From: Pseudomonadota bacterium
GTDB lineage: Bacteria > Pseudomonadota > Alphaproteobacteria > Geminicoccales > Geminicoccaceae
DNA length: 47,126 bases
Assembly: GCA_039028235.1 (NCBI GenBank)
Contig: JBCCIN010000001.1
Coordinates: 1-47,126 of the forward strand
Direction: 5' to 3'
Positions 16,663 to 27,540 of the stretch are shown one piece after another (position 1 is the stretch's first letter; every line of letters begins with the position of its first letter). The notes under the pieces were generated by a model that saw only the letters and a program-made list of their open reading frames with translations, had not been told where the DNA came from and made no database searches. Position numbers and translations under genes: made by a program.

Positions 16663-17841
16663 TCAGTTCGAGGCGCGATATTCCTCGGGCAGGAAGAACA
16701 GATAGTCCTGATCCTCGGCGACCGCAGCGTGACACTCGTTGCAGAATTCGACGGATGCATCGCCAGCACCACCGGTCGCGCCGAACGTGCTGCCGTCGGG
16801 CATGATCATGGTGTATTTCCAGTCACCGCTGGCCTCATTGAAGCCGGGTTCCATCTTCTCCATGAGGAAAAGCGGTCCCAGCGTGACCTTGCCGTTGGCG
16901 CCGACAGAGAAGCTGTCCTTGGCAATCGCCGATCCCACCGGCAGGACGCCCGCCTCCTCATAGTTGATATAGTCAGCGCCGGCACGGTTGCCCCAGTTCA
17001 TGACGTAGCGGCCACCATGGGTGCCCGATGGATAGGGTCCGGTGCTGTAGCGCCACCAGCCCAGATACTTGCCGGCATTGGGATCGTCAGCGACGCCATA
17101 GGCTTCCTGCATGTAGCCCTTGACGCAATCATAGACCTCCAGCGCCTCTGCATCGGTGATCTCGACCGCGCCGCCCGCCGCGCAGGGATTGCACGGGTTG
17201 CAAGGATTGCAGGGGTTGGCGGCACACGGGTTGCAGGGATTCGCGGCGCAGGGATTGCACGGGTTCGCCGCACAAGGGTTGCAGGGATTCGCCGCGCAAG
17301 GATTGCACGGGTTGCAAGGATTACAGGGGCTGCACGGATTCGACGCCGCACAAGGGTTGCACGGGTTCGCCGCACAAGGATTGCAGGGATTCGCGGCGCA
17401 GGGGTTGCACGGGTTGCAAGGATTACAGGGGTTGCACGGATTCGACGCCGCACAGGGGTTGCAAGGATTCGCTGCCGCCAGTCGTGGTATGACACATTCG
17501 GTGGCGCCGGCGGACCCTCCGGCCGCACAAGGATTGCAAGGGTTCGCCGCACACGGGTTGCAGGGGTTCGCGGCGCAGGGATTGCAAGGATTGGGTGCGC
17601 AGGGATTGCAAGGGTTACAGGCGATCGTTCGGACCCCATCAGGAAGCGCGTCCCGGCTGATCGCCTCGGGAAGAACGGTGGAGGCTGCCGGCGCCGCTTT
17701 TGCAGGCCGCACGCTACAAAGGCTAAGGCCCACACCAGTCGCGGCCACGCCAAGTCCCATCACGGCAGACAATACAGTGGTCGATCGGAGCTGCCGCTTC
17801 AAAAGTCGACAGGATGTCTTGAGCTTGGTCGTTGTCATCAT
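16663..17841 (-). CDS. secreted Asn-Pro-Cys repeat protein with a C-terminal cytochrome-P460-like mono-haem domain
   Basis: 392 aa. SD GGGAGGG. N-terminal basic and hydrophobic signal-like region ends AKA-AP. aa 75-222 hold two blocks of NPC triplets. aa about 225-392 are non-repetitive with a single CNECH haem motif about 20 residues from the C-terminus and the motif GDWKY, as in the P460 / cytochrome c-prime-beta family. Confidence 0.85.
   Translation of the reverse strand: MMTTTKLKTSCRLLKRQLRSTTVLSAVMGLGVAATGVGLSLCSVRPAKAAPAASTVLPEAISRDALPDGVRTIACNPCNPCAPNPCNPCAANPCNPCAANPCNPCAAGGSAGATECVIPRLAAANPCNPCAASNPCNPCNPCNPCNPCAANPCNPCAANPCNPCAASNPCSPCNPCNPCNPCAANPCNPCAANPCNPCAANPCNPCAANPCNPCNPCNPCAAGGAVEITDAEALEVYDCVKGYMQEAYGVADDPNAGKYLGWWRYSTGPYPSGTHGGRYVMNWGNRAGADYINYEEAGVLPVGSAIAKDSFSVGANGKVTLGPLFLMEKMEPGFNEASGDWKYTMIMPDGSTFGATGGAGDASVEFCNECHAAVAEDQDYLFFLPEEYRASN
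17176..17619 (-). repeat. coding tandem repeats: 9-bp (Asn-Pro-Cys) units arranged as NPCNPCAA, in two blocks (17521-17619 and 17176-17478), including a 102-bp tandem duplication (17266-17367 / 17368-17469)
   Basis: Counted by eye in the translation: 8 triplets in block 1 and 26 in block 2 (33 NPC plus 1 SPC). The repeats also create long spurious ORFs in other frames and on the opposite strand (for example 17156-17887 +). Confidence 0.9.
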
Positions 17842-18055
17842 TCGCCCTCCCTATCTGAGCGCCTTCCTGATTCTACAATCGGCTTAGTTCGTTACCCGGC
17901 TCCATGGGAGCCGAATCCGCCGACATCGCACACATCTAACAGGCGCCTTGAGGCAATCACGGTCAAATGACCGGCTTTCACAAATTGGTGATGGGCATCA
18001 GGACGGGTTGACCCAAGGGGGGCTATTGCCGGCCGATATGTCCGGCCGTAACGGC

Positions 18056-19447
<1,392 letters not shown>

Positions 19448-19660
19448 CTGAGCACCCGTCAGCTCCGCCGGCCGGTCCGACCGGCTGATCACGTCAGCAC
19501 TTTAGCCCCGAATCTCGATCAGACTGTCCAGAATCCGGCATCGGCGATCCGATGCGCGCTGACTTCAGTCACGTCGAAGACGGCATCTGTCCAACTGAGC
19601 ATGCGCTTTTCTGGCATTGTCCAGGGTCGTCCGCTCAAGCGGCCTCGACCGCCGCCGACA

Positions 19661-21904
19661 TCAATGGCTGGGATAGCCGCCATAGACATATTCTTCCGGC
19701 ACCGTGCCGCGCACCCTCGAGAGAACGACGCCGGCAATCGGCCGGCCGGCCACCGAAATACGCTTCAGCGCCTCTTGAATCATCTTGGCGCGCGTCACCC
19801 GCCAAGCAGCAAGAAAAACAATGGCATCGCTGGTATCAGCGAGATTGATCGCGTCGGGCACGCGCAGCACCGGCGGTGAATCGACAATCACCAAGTCGTA
19901 ATGTTCTCGCGCTTCGGCGATGAGGACTCGCAATCGGGTCGAAGACACGAACTCACGCATCTCAGAATGGGTGGCCTTGGACATCAGCATATCCATGCCC
20001 GAGACCGGATCCTTGACCACGGCATCCTGGCCCCAGTCGAGGGCACCGCTCAAAAAGTCGTTCAAGCTGGCTTCCGGATGAAGCTGCGTCTGGGTCGGGA
20101 AGGAAGGCCGCCTGAAGTCGCAATCGACCACGAGGCAACGAAGTCCGTCTTGTGCCGCCGTCCGCCCGAGCGCGATGCAAAAGCTGGTCTTGCCTTCTGC
20201 CGGTTCCGACGACGTCACCAGAATGACCTTCTTCGGATCTTCGACAGCGCTGAGATTGAGCCGCAAGAGAATGCCGCGCAGCGTCTCAGTAATCCCGCTA
20301 TTGGGATAGTCGGCGACATAGCTCGCCAGATTTTGCTTCGGCTTCAGCCAGCTCGCGACCGACGGAATTGCGCCGATCCCTGGGAGCCCTGTGACCTGCG
20401 ACAGCTGATCGAGGGTCTCGACACCGGAACTCAGATACCGCCGCCCGACGATCGAGCCGGCCGAGATCAGAAAGCCGGCGAACATGCCAACCACGGTTAA
20501 GAGCCCTGCGCCCGGGCTTGACGGCTTGATCGGAGGAACAGCGACCGAAGCGATGCGCACATCGGCACCGTTCATGTCGATGTTGGTGAGGGTCGACAGG
20601 GTCTGCTCGTAAAAGCCGCGATAACGGGTATAGAGTTCCTGCTTGACTTCCACCTCATCCTGAAGCTGCGCCAGCCTTGTGCGTTCTTTGGCAACCTCGG
20701 CCGCATCCCCCTGCCCCGCTTCGATCTGCAGCCGCAGCTGCCGATCCTGGCTATCGAGGCTGGCGATGCGCTGCTCCAGACTCTTGGCAATACCAGCAGC
20801 TTCGCGCTGGATCTGCTCCTGGGTGCTCTGCAATTCGCGCTGCAGGGCGATGCGCCGCGGATGCCGTTCGCCCAAATCCAGAGATGCTTCCGAAAGGCGC
20901 CGGCGCGCGGCCGCCTCGTCCTCCCAAAGCCCTTCGAGCCTCGGAGTCACCAGATCCGCATCCAGCGCCGTGAGCGCTCCGCCTGCAATCGCCCCCACCA
21001 GCTGCCCGAGATCGGCCGCAAGCTGATCCCGCTGGGCGCGGAGCGTCCTTCGTTGACTCACCAGATCGGCAAGATCTCTCGAGACAATCGTACCCTCAGG
21101 AGTGTTAAGCAGGCTGGCATTGCCTTCCTCCTCCCGCACCCTGGCCTGAGCGGCTGCAAGCTCTTCCTGGAGTTCAGCGAGCTTCACCTTCAACCCTTCG
21201 CTGGACTGCAGGGTCGCCGCTCGTTTGTCGTCGACCTGGCGCTCGATGTAGAGCTCCATCAGCGTATTGACCAACCGAGCGCTCTTGTCGGGATCACGAC
21301 CGCTGAATTCAAGCTCGATGGCATAGCTCCGCTCTTCGCTGAACGCGCTGAGCGACTCGCCAATGTCACGCACGATCTCACGCTCGATCTCGCGGTCATA
21401 ACGAGGCTCGACAGGCTCGCCAAAACTTGCAAGCCATCGTCCCACGGGCTTCGGCAGCCAGGATACGTCGGCGAGCGCCCGAAGGCCCGTCGGCATCAGC
21501 GTCGCGTTGAATTCCGGATCCCGGACGAGTTCCATGTCCTTGACGAGCAGATCGATCATCTGCTGGGAAGTCAGAACCCGCGCTTCGCTCCTACCACCCC
21601 AGGGCTCTACGGTCCGGTCAGAGGTCAGCGTCTCGAGTTCGGGAATGTTGGATCTCAGCGTATCGACCACCAACAGACCATTCGCCGTGTACCAGGGCGG
21701 CAGGGCCTTGGAAGCGTGATAGGCGATCAGACCACCGACAATCATGGCTAGAAGAATGAAACCTTTGCGCCTGAGCAGACCGTCCAACAGTTCCTGAGAG
21801 GTCACTCCAGATGTCGGTTGTGCTCGGCCGGGAAGCTGACCGATAAAGGGGCGCGGTGGCGTTCGCGGTCCGCTACCGAAATTCGAATGAGTGAGATCGG
21901 TCAT
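19661..21904 (-). CDS. polysaccharide co-polymerase with C-terminal tyrosine autokinase (PCP-2a, ExoP/Wzc/GumC-like)
   Basis: 747 aa. N-terminal Wzz-like region with a TM (FILLAMIVGGLIAY), a long coiled coil and a second TM. C-terminal P-loop SSEPAEGKTS, Walker A' VVDCDFRRP, Walker B LVIVDSPP. Tyr-containing tail EEYVYGGYPSH. Confidence 0.9.
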   Translation of the reverse strand: MTDLTHSNFGSGPRTPPRPFIGQLPGRAQPTSGVTSQELLDGLLRRKGFILLAMIVGGLIAYHASKALPPWYTANGLLVVDTLRSNIPELETLTSDRTVEPWGGRSEARVLTSQQMIDLLVKDMELVRDPEFNATLMPTGLRALADVSWLPKPVGRWLASFGEPVEPRYDREIEREIVRDIGESLSAFSEERSYAIELEFSGRDPDKSARLVNTLMELYIERQVDDKRAATLQSSEGLKVKLAELQEELAAAQARVREEEGNASLLNTPEGTIVSRDLADLVSQRRTLRAQRDQLAADLGQLVGAIAGGALTALDADLVTPRLEGLWEDEAAARRRLSEASLDLGERHPRRIALQRELQSTQEQIQREAAGIAKSLEQRIASLDSQDRQLRLQIEAGQGDAAEVAKERTRLAQLQDEVEVKQELYTRYRGFYEQTLSTLTNIDMNGADVRIASVAVPPIKPSSPGAGLLTVVGMFAGFLISAGSIVGRRYLSSGVETLDQLSQVTGLPGIGAIPSVASWLKPKQNLASYVADYPNSGITETLRGILLRLNLSAVEDPKKVILVTSSEPAEGKTSFCIALGRTAAQDGLRCLVVDCDFRRPSFPTQTQLHPEASLNDFLSGALDWGQDAVVKDPVSGMDMLMSKATHSEMREFVSSTRLRVLIAEAREHYDLVIVDSPPVLRVPDAINLADTSDAIVFLAAWRVTRAKMIQEALKRISVAGRPIAGVVLSRVRGTVPEEYVYGGYPSH

Positions 21905-22335
21905 GGTTGCACCAATGTCATGTCGCCAAACGGTATCATTGTCATGACGCCAAAATAGCCAGCTGCTCCCAGCCGAGTGGAATCAGCATTAACGTAGTGT
22001 CGATCAGCGCGTTGCACAGAGGACGACGATTGGCTGTCCGTCATTTGCTCGTTACCATGTATCATTAGCCAATCTTTGCTCTGACCGTGCAACATTCTCG
22101 CGAAGCTACCACAGATTTCGTTAACGTCATCATAAGACGGCCGCAGGATCTCAGCCAGGAACGTTCTCCCGACGACAACCGTGTTCCCTTCAGATAGCGT
22201 AACGTGCCCGTCCATGTTCACACGGCGCCGGCGGCAACGTTGCGAACGCGATAACACCGAGGGGCGTCCGGCACGGAAGAAAACGTTCAAAAACCGCCAG
22301 CGCCGGACGAATCCCTTGAGATACCAGGTTAGCAT
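21901..22335 (-). CDS. hypothetical protein (orphan, atypical composition)
   Basis: 144-codon ORF whose TGA overlaps the PCP gene ATG (ATGA at 21901-21904). No SD, visibly AT-richer than its neighbours, no recognisable motif. Coding status is uncertain. Confidence 0.4.
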   Translation of the reverse strand: MLTWYLKGFVRRWRFLNVFFRAGRPSVLSRSQRCRRRRVNMDGHVTLSEGNTVVVGRTFLAEILRPSYDDVNEICGSFARMLHGQSKDWLMIHGNEQMTDSQSSSSVQRADRHYVNADSTRLGAAGYFGVMTMIPFGDMTLVQP

Positions 22336-22563
22336 GATGGCCGAGCCGACGTTAAACCTGAACCATGACTCCGGTGAAATAAGGCCTGAGCTGTTGCCCT
22401 CGTGTCAAAACGACAAGCAATAGACGCCCAAGAAGACGCTGGCTGCCTCGTCGTGACCGACAACATCGGACAAGCGGCGATATCGATCTCGACCGCCGGC
22501 AGAAGATCGGCGCTCTCGAGGCATCCTGCGCGTCGCCTCGCGGCAAGGTGCATCATCGCCTTC

Positions 22564-23508
22564 TCAGCTCGCCAGCGTCACCGCTGCCAGGCTGGCCACT
22601 GGCGACCTAGGGGATCCAGAGGCTTGACTGTCACCATGACCGATGTCGCCGCCTGGATAGCGAAGGCTCATGGTCATGACTCCACCGCTCTTCTGCTCGA
22701 TCTCGTACTGCCGCGTCTTCGCGGGTCCGGCCAGATGCAGAACCGACAAAGGACGATATGGCGCCTCAGGCCGGCAGAAAAGACCGGTATCCGCGTCCCA
22801 TATCGGCGGTCGGCGGTCACAAATCCAGTTATCGCTCGACGACAGCTCAGCCGTCGGAATGCCGTCGATATGAATCACCTCGTTGAAGGCGAACTGCTCA
22901 TAAGGGGTCACGCGTTTGGTCCGTTTGAGCGCCGTTTCGAAACGCTCGCGCCATGGAATCCAATGGGGCGCGTCGGCTCTCATCGCATAGAGACCGAGAT
23001 TGTACGACGGACGGGCCATCAAAATGAGGCCATTCTTCAAGCCGGCTCCAACGATCTTGTGCTTGAGATTCCAAGCCCAAAGCCATCCTTGAAAACGGTA
23101 GAGACGATCGCTTTCGTGAGCGACCGCGGCACCGGTCCGATCCGCACCATCGAGCATGCGATCAAGGACACCATCGTCCTGAAGCCAGAGATCCGGATCG
23201 AGCCACAGCGAATAGCTGTAATCCGGCAGGTAGTCATGGATGAAGAACCGGACCAGCGCAGCCCGCTCGTGGCTCTTGGCTGTGTTTTCGGATAAGCCGA
23301 AATGCCAGCCAGGCTGGACCAGGCGAACACCATCCCGTTCAAGCACCGAGCGATGCTCAGGCTCAAGACCGACGTCGAAAACCACGATCGCCACCTGTCG
23401 CCAGCGCTCAAATCGGCGTAGCGAATGGATCATGCCATTCAGAAGGTCGACATAACCACTGTCAGCTGCCGTGACGATCACGGTCTGCCGAAGACGCTCG
23501 GTCATCAT
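22564..23508 (-). CDS. GT8-like nucleotide-sugar glycosyltransferase (GT-A fold)
   Basis: 314 aa. IVTAADSGY N-terminus, DxD-like LWLDPDLW, EQFAFNEV (compare the GT8 DQD..N motif), HLAGPAK (compare GT8 H..G..KPW). Confidence 0.65.
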   Translation of the reverse strand: MMTERLRQTVIVTAADSGYVDLLNGMIHSLRRFERWRQVAIVVFDVGLEPEHRSVLERDGVRLVQPGWHFGLSENTAKSHERAALVRFFIHDYLPDYSYSLWLDPDLWLQDDGVLDRMLDGADRTGAAVAHESDRLYRFQGWLWAWNLKHKIVGAGLKNGLILMARPSYNLGLYAMRADAPHWIPWRERFETALKRTKRVTPYEQFAFNEVIHIDGIPTAELSSSDNWICDRRPPIWDADTGLFCRPEAPYRPLSVLHLAGPAKTRQYEIEQKSGGVMTMSLRYPGGDIGHGDSQASGSPRSPVASLAAVTLAS

Positions 23509-23620
23509 GTCCCCTTTCGGGTGAACTCTGTCTCGAACGCACCGGTTCTCATGACGATCGACGGCTTGAGATCACCAAAGCCCAGAGACAAGGACGCGAC
23601 TTTGGTCAGGCATCGATCGC

Positions 23621-24799
23621 TCACGTATGGACGCCGATCGCTTTTTGCGTAGGAGACGTTTGCGCAGATTCATAGACCTGCGTCGTCGACTCCGCAATGC
23701 GCCGCCAGCTGGGAACTCGCTGCTTCAGCGCGGCCATCTGGCCGCGCATGGCTTGCACCTTCGCCGGATTGTCGATCAGATCGATGATGGCAGCCGCAAG
23801 TGCTTTCGGATCATCAGGCGACACCAGCCTGCCCTCCCTGCCATCGACCAGCATCTCGGAGAAGCATCCTATCTTCGACGCCACAACGGGTATGGCGCGG
23901 GCTATGGCCGCCATCAGAACGCCGCTGGTGTCGATGCCCCGATATGGGAAGACCAAAACATCGGCATCATCGAAGAGTGCCGACATCTCAGCGTCGCTTA
24001 CGAAGTCGAGCCTGAGGTCGACGAAGGTGTGCAGTTGATGACGCTCCATCAAATCGAGGAGCGGCTGCGTTTCGACATAGGGACGACCGACGATCGACAC
24101 GCGGCAACGTTCCCGTTGCGCCGCCGTGAGGGAGCCAAGTGCCTTGAGCAGAACATCGACGCCCTTATAGTCCTTGAGCTTTCCGAATTGCAGAAAGCGA
24201 ATCCTTCCTTCGGTTCTCTCTAGGTTCATGTCGGGTGCCTGGTCGGACTGTCCCAGCAGTCCGTGAGCGATGCGATGCAGGCGGCCTGCCGGCAAGCCAC
24301 GCTCGACGAGCTGACGCTCGGAGAGCTCGTTGTGAACGATCCAACGATCGAAACGACGGGTTGCAAGCGTATGGCCGAAACGCAACAGCAGCGGCCCAGC
24401 ACCATTATACGGGTTGCTATCATGAACCGTCAGAACCACCGGAGCGACTCGCCGCAGCATCGGAACGAAGAACGCGTCGATAAGAGGCAGCGGCAACCAT
24501 TGAATGTGGATAATGTCCGGCTGCCAGCGACGAAGCACGCGAAGACACCTCAACAGCCCTTGCACATGTCGAACGCCCTTCGCCATCAGCGTAAGGAAAC
24601 GCGGCATCCCCGCCGCTGGTGCGACGAACAAGCCGAGCTTGGCGAAGCTGGGGCTGGATTGACCGTCGCTACCATTGCTATCGGCGCCCCTCTGCCCGAT
24701 CAATGTGACCTCGTGGCCGATGGAGGCAAGCCCCTTGCAGAGCTCATGATTATAGGGCGGGGTAAAGCACCAGGGATCGATGACCGCTATTTTCATCAC
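23621..24799 (-). CDS. GT4 (GT-B fold) glycosyltransferase
   Basis: 392 aa. The C-terminal half has the typical EX7E-region context (VLVFPYRGIDTSGVLMAAIARAIPVVASKIGCFSEML). Confidence 0.85.
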   Translation of the reverse strand: MMKIAVIDPWCFTPPYNHELCKGLASIGHEVTLIGQRGADSNGSDGQSSPSFAKLGLFVAPAAGMPRFLTLMAKGVRHVQGLLRCLRVLRRWQPDIIHIQWLPLPLIDAFFVPMLRRVAPVVLTVHDSNPYNGAGPLLLRFGHTLATRRFDRWIVHNELSERQLVERGLPAGRLHRIAHGLLGQSDQAPDMNLERTEGRIRFLQFGKLKDYKGVDVLLKALGSLTAAQRERCRVSIVGRPYVETQPLLDLMERHQLHTFVDLRLDFVSDAEMSALFDDADVLVFPYRGIDTSGVLMAAIARAIPVVASKIGCFSEMLVDGREGRLVSPDDPKALAAAIIDLIDNPAKVQAMRGQMAALKQRVPSWRRIAESTTQVYESAQTSPTQKAIGVHT

Positions 24800-24811
24800 C
24801 GGCTCCCCTTA

Positions 24812-26008
24812 TTAGCGGGTAGGCTGGTCACTGGGCATATCGTCTCTCGCCGAACCTGCAAGGTCCCAGGTGACCACGGGCTCGCCCCAATAGGCACGCC
24901 AAACCCCGAGCGTATTGCCAGCAAAGGCCAAAAGGATGTTGACCAGTTGCTCCACCAGCCTGACCTTTGCCAGCCATCCCAACGCCAGAGCTCCGATGGC
25001 GACGACAGCGATGCTGAATGTCGCCCAGAAGCCAACGCTCAACCAAAATGCGAGTACAAACAACAGGGCCGCCGCCATAAGAAAATAGCCGCCGACCCAA
25101 CGCACAAAACGATGCCCGAAATACTTGTAGAGGTTCCAGGCCGACATGGCCCTTAGTTCTGGCCATAAGGCCCGATGAACGCCCATGCACTGACAAGCGA
25201 TCCTGATCTTGCGCCTGAACTCGTCTTTGGCGACCGTGGTGTGGGATTCGTATGCGTTGACATCGGCGCCGCGAATAAGCCTGTAACCACCACAGAGAAT
25301 GCTCATCGAGACGAAAAGATCGTCGATCAGATGATCCGGCGTCGGCCGATGCAGCTCTCGACGAATGGCAAACAGCGATCCATCCGCCCCCATGGCCGAT
25401 CCCGTCTCGGTCTCGAGACCCTTTGTCCACTCGTCCAGGCGCCAGTAAAAGGATCCAACTTCCGATGTCGCCGTGTCGTCGGGGTTGGTGTAGGATAAGT
25501 GGCTGGTGACGCAGCCGACTTCGGGATCGGCGAAATAGCGACGAAGATTGGCGATCGCTTGTTCGTCCACCATGACGTTGGCATCAGTGAAGAGAACGAT
25601 GTCAGCGTCAGTCAATGTGACCAGACGGTTCATGCCCCAGGGTTTGCCATGCCGCTCCTTTGAGGCGAGCAGTTGCACGTCAGGCTCGAAGGACGCGATG
25701 ATCTCGGCCGTACGATCGCTTGCAGCATCGACATAGATCAAAATGTCCAGATCGCCCGCGGCCCTGCGAAGCGCGAGCATATTCTCGATCTTCTTCCGAA
25801 TCACCGCCTCTTCATTATAGGCACAGAGGCAGATCGCGAAGCGCAATCGATCTGCAGCAGCAGCCCTATCTGATCTGAGTGGCTTGCCCATGCCAATCTT
25901 CTTGGCGACCATCAGCGAGAGCTGATAGGGACCGAAAGGAAAGATCGCGACAAAAAGGCTGACAAACGCAATAACGAAAAGAAGAAGCGCCGAACTCGAG
26001 AGGATCAT
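24812..26008 (-). CDS. membrane-integrated GT2 glycosyltransferase
   Basis: 398 aa. N-terminal TM, GT2 core (CAYNEE, YVDAASD, FTDANVMVD, GADGSLFAIRR) and several C-terminal TM helices. The sequence is RRKIRI where processive synthases carry QxxRW. Confidence 0.85.
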   Translation of the reverse strand: MILSSSALLLFVIAFVSLFVAIFPFGPYQLSLMVAKKIGMGKPLRSDRAAAADRLRFAICLCAYNEEAVIRKKIENMLALRRAAGDLDILIYVDAASDRTAEIIASFEPDVQLLASKERHGKPWGMNRLVTLTDADIVLFTDANVMVDEQAIANLRRYFADPEVGCVTSHLSYTNPDDTATSEVGSFYWRLDEWTKGLETETGSAMGADGSLFAIRRELHRPTPDHLIDDLFVSMSILCGGYRLIRGADVNAYESHTTVAKDEFRRKIRIACQCMGVHRALWPELRAMSAWNLYKYFGHRFVRWVGGYFLMAAALLFVLAFWLSVGFWATFSIAVVAIGALALGWLAKVRLVEQLVNILLAFAGNTLGVWRAYWGEPVVTWDLAGSARDDMPSDQPTR

Positions 26009-26070
26009 GACAATCGGATTCTGTAGGGGTTCAAGCGAGCGAACCGGGTTTGACGGACCATCGAGAGGCG

Positions 26071-27540
26071 CTAGAAAGCATTTTCGCCCTCGAGGCTGGC
26101 GATTGGTGTCAGCAGCACGATCTTCAGATCGAGCCAGAATGACCAGTGCCGAATGTAGTAGAGATCGTACTCGACGCGGCGTACCAATTTTTCTTTAGTG
26201 TCGGTATTGCCGCGTAGGCCGTTGATCTGAGCCCAGCCAGTGATGCCCGGCAAAACCCGATAGCGCGTGTAGAAATTGTCGACAACGCGATCATAAAGTT
26301 CGCCACCGGCCTTGGCATTGAGTGGATTGGGACGCGGCCCGACCATCGACATCTCGCCGCGAAGAACGTTGAAAAGCTGTGGCAGTTCATCGATGCTGAA
26401 ACGACGGATAAAGGCGCCGATGCGAGTCACCCGCGGATCATCACGCTCCGTCAGCCGATCCGCCATATGATCACTCATGTTGTGATACATTGACCGGAAT
26501 TTATAGACCTCGATGATCTTCTTGCCGAAACCGTAGCGCTGCTGCTTGAAGAAAACCGGTCCAGGGCTTTCGAGTCTTATCAGTGCTGCTGTCAGCAGCA
26601 TGAGCGGCGCCAGAAAGATAAGCAGCAAGAGCGATGTCACAGCATCGAAGACGCGCTTGACGGCCTGTTCCGTCGCCGTCAAAGGCTGATCGATCAATGC
26701 AGCATAGACATAGCCAGGCTGGTTCGAATCCAGCGCCGGCCGCGGTATCGCCAAGCTGACCCGAACAGGTAGCACTTCAAGGGATCGAATCGCGTCGTGA
26801 ATCCATTCACGGTGATCATGAAGTGACGGAAGGATCACGATCTCTTCGACGCCGTCAGCATGAAGCCGCTCTATCCATTTCTCGCCGTCAGGGCTTTGGA
26901 TCTCTTCGGGAAAATCATAAACTCGGCAGATGCAATTTCTATCAAGGCGCGCCGAAAGATCACGATCGAGACCACTGAGATCGTCGCAGGCATCACTTCC
27001 CGTGCCGACAACCGCCACAAGTCTGTCAAAACCCTCCGAGGGCATGCAGGTCTTCAATGCGGGTACGACCGCCATTCGGCTCAAAAGGAGCGCGCACGCC
27101 GAACAAACGGCCCAGGCCATGGCCCAGGACCAATCAGGGCCGACGCTTAATGTCGTCACCGCGAGACCCGTGACGAACGAGATGGTGAATCCAATGCTGA
27201 CGACTCGAAGTGGCCAGTGACGGGGCAACGCCAATGATTTCGGCGTGTAGGTTTCGGCACTTTTGAGACAGGCGATCAGGGTGATGGTACCCAGCAAAGA
27301 CCCCAGAAACACGACATCGCGAACAGCAGGATCCAGCCTGGCGTCAGCAAATGCAAAAGCGGTAAGAACACCCGTGACCAGAATCGCCAACGCTTCCAGC
27401 ATTACAACAGCAGGGATAAGCAGGTCGCATGAAATCCCTTGCTTTCGTAAGGCCGTCAGCACGTCCGATCTACTCGCATCTGGAGGCAATACAACACAAC
27501 GGCACTGCTTGGCTCGACCATTTCGTACCAAGATCTGCAA
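26071..27540 (-). CDS. polyprenyl-phosphate glycosyl-1-phosphate transferase (large WbaP/ExoY-type priming enzyme)
   Basis: 489 aa. N-terminal TM bundle. The C-terminal sugar-transferase domain has [38 protein letters not shown] and VEYDLYYI. Confidence 0.9.
   Translation of the reverse strand: MQILVRNGRAKQCRCVVLPPDASRSDVLTALRKQGISCDLLIPAVVMLEALAILVTGVLTAFAFADARLDPAVRDVVFLGSLLGTITLIACLKSAETYTPKSLALPRHWPLRVVSIGFTISFVTGLAVTTLSVGPDWSWAMAWAVCSACALLLSRMAVVPALKTCMPSEGFDRLVAVVGTGSDACDDLSGLDRDLSARLDRNCICRVYDFPEEIQSPDGEKWIERLHADGVEEIVILPSLHDHREWIHDAIRSLEVLPVRVSLAIPRPALDSNQPGYVYAALIDQPLTATEQAVKRVFDAVTSLLLLIFLAPLMLLTAALIRLESPGPVFFKQQRYGFGKKIIEVYKFRSMYHNMSDHMADRLTERDDPRVTRIGAFIRRFSIDELPQLFNVLRGEMSMVGPRPNPLNAKAGGELYDRVVDNFYTRYRVLPGITGWAQINGLRGNTDTKEKLVRRVEYDLYYIRHWSFWLDLKIVLLTPIASLEGENAF

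Noticed and set aside
17176-17619. The regular short repeats could superficially suggest a CRISPR array or a minisatellite.
   Set aside because: The unit is 9 bp with no unique spacers of 25-40 bp. The array stays in frame within a CDS, and no cas genes are present.
16729-17970. A 413-aa plus-strand ORF and several [11 protein letters not shown]-type repeat ORFs across the NPC repeat region.
   Set aside because: They are mirror images of the NPC coding repeats. Only the minus-strand frame has an SD, a signal peptide, a haem-binding domain and a terminator.
26718-26734. A perfect tRNA T-arm look-alike on the plus strand: GCTGG-TTCGAAT-CCAGC. A partly complementary acceptor pair lies at 26662-26668 / 26735-26741.
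   Set aside because: It lies inside the well-supported priming-transferase CDS on the opposite strand, where it encodes LDSNQPG. I could fold neither a D-arm nor an anticodon stem from the intervening sequence, and one acceptor pair is mismatched.
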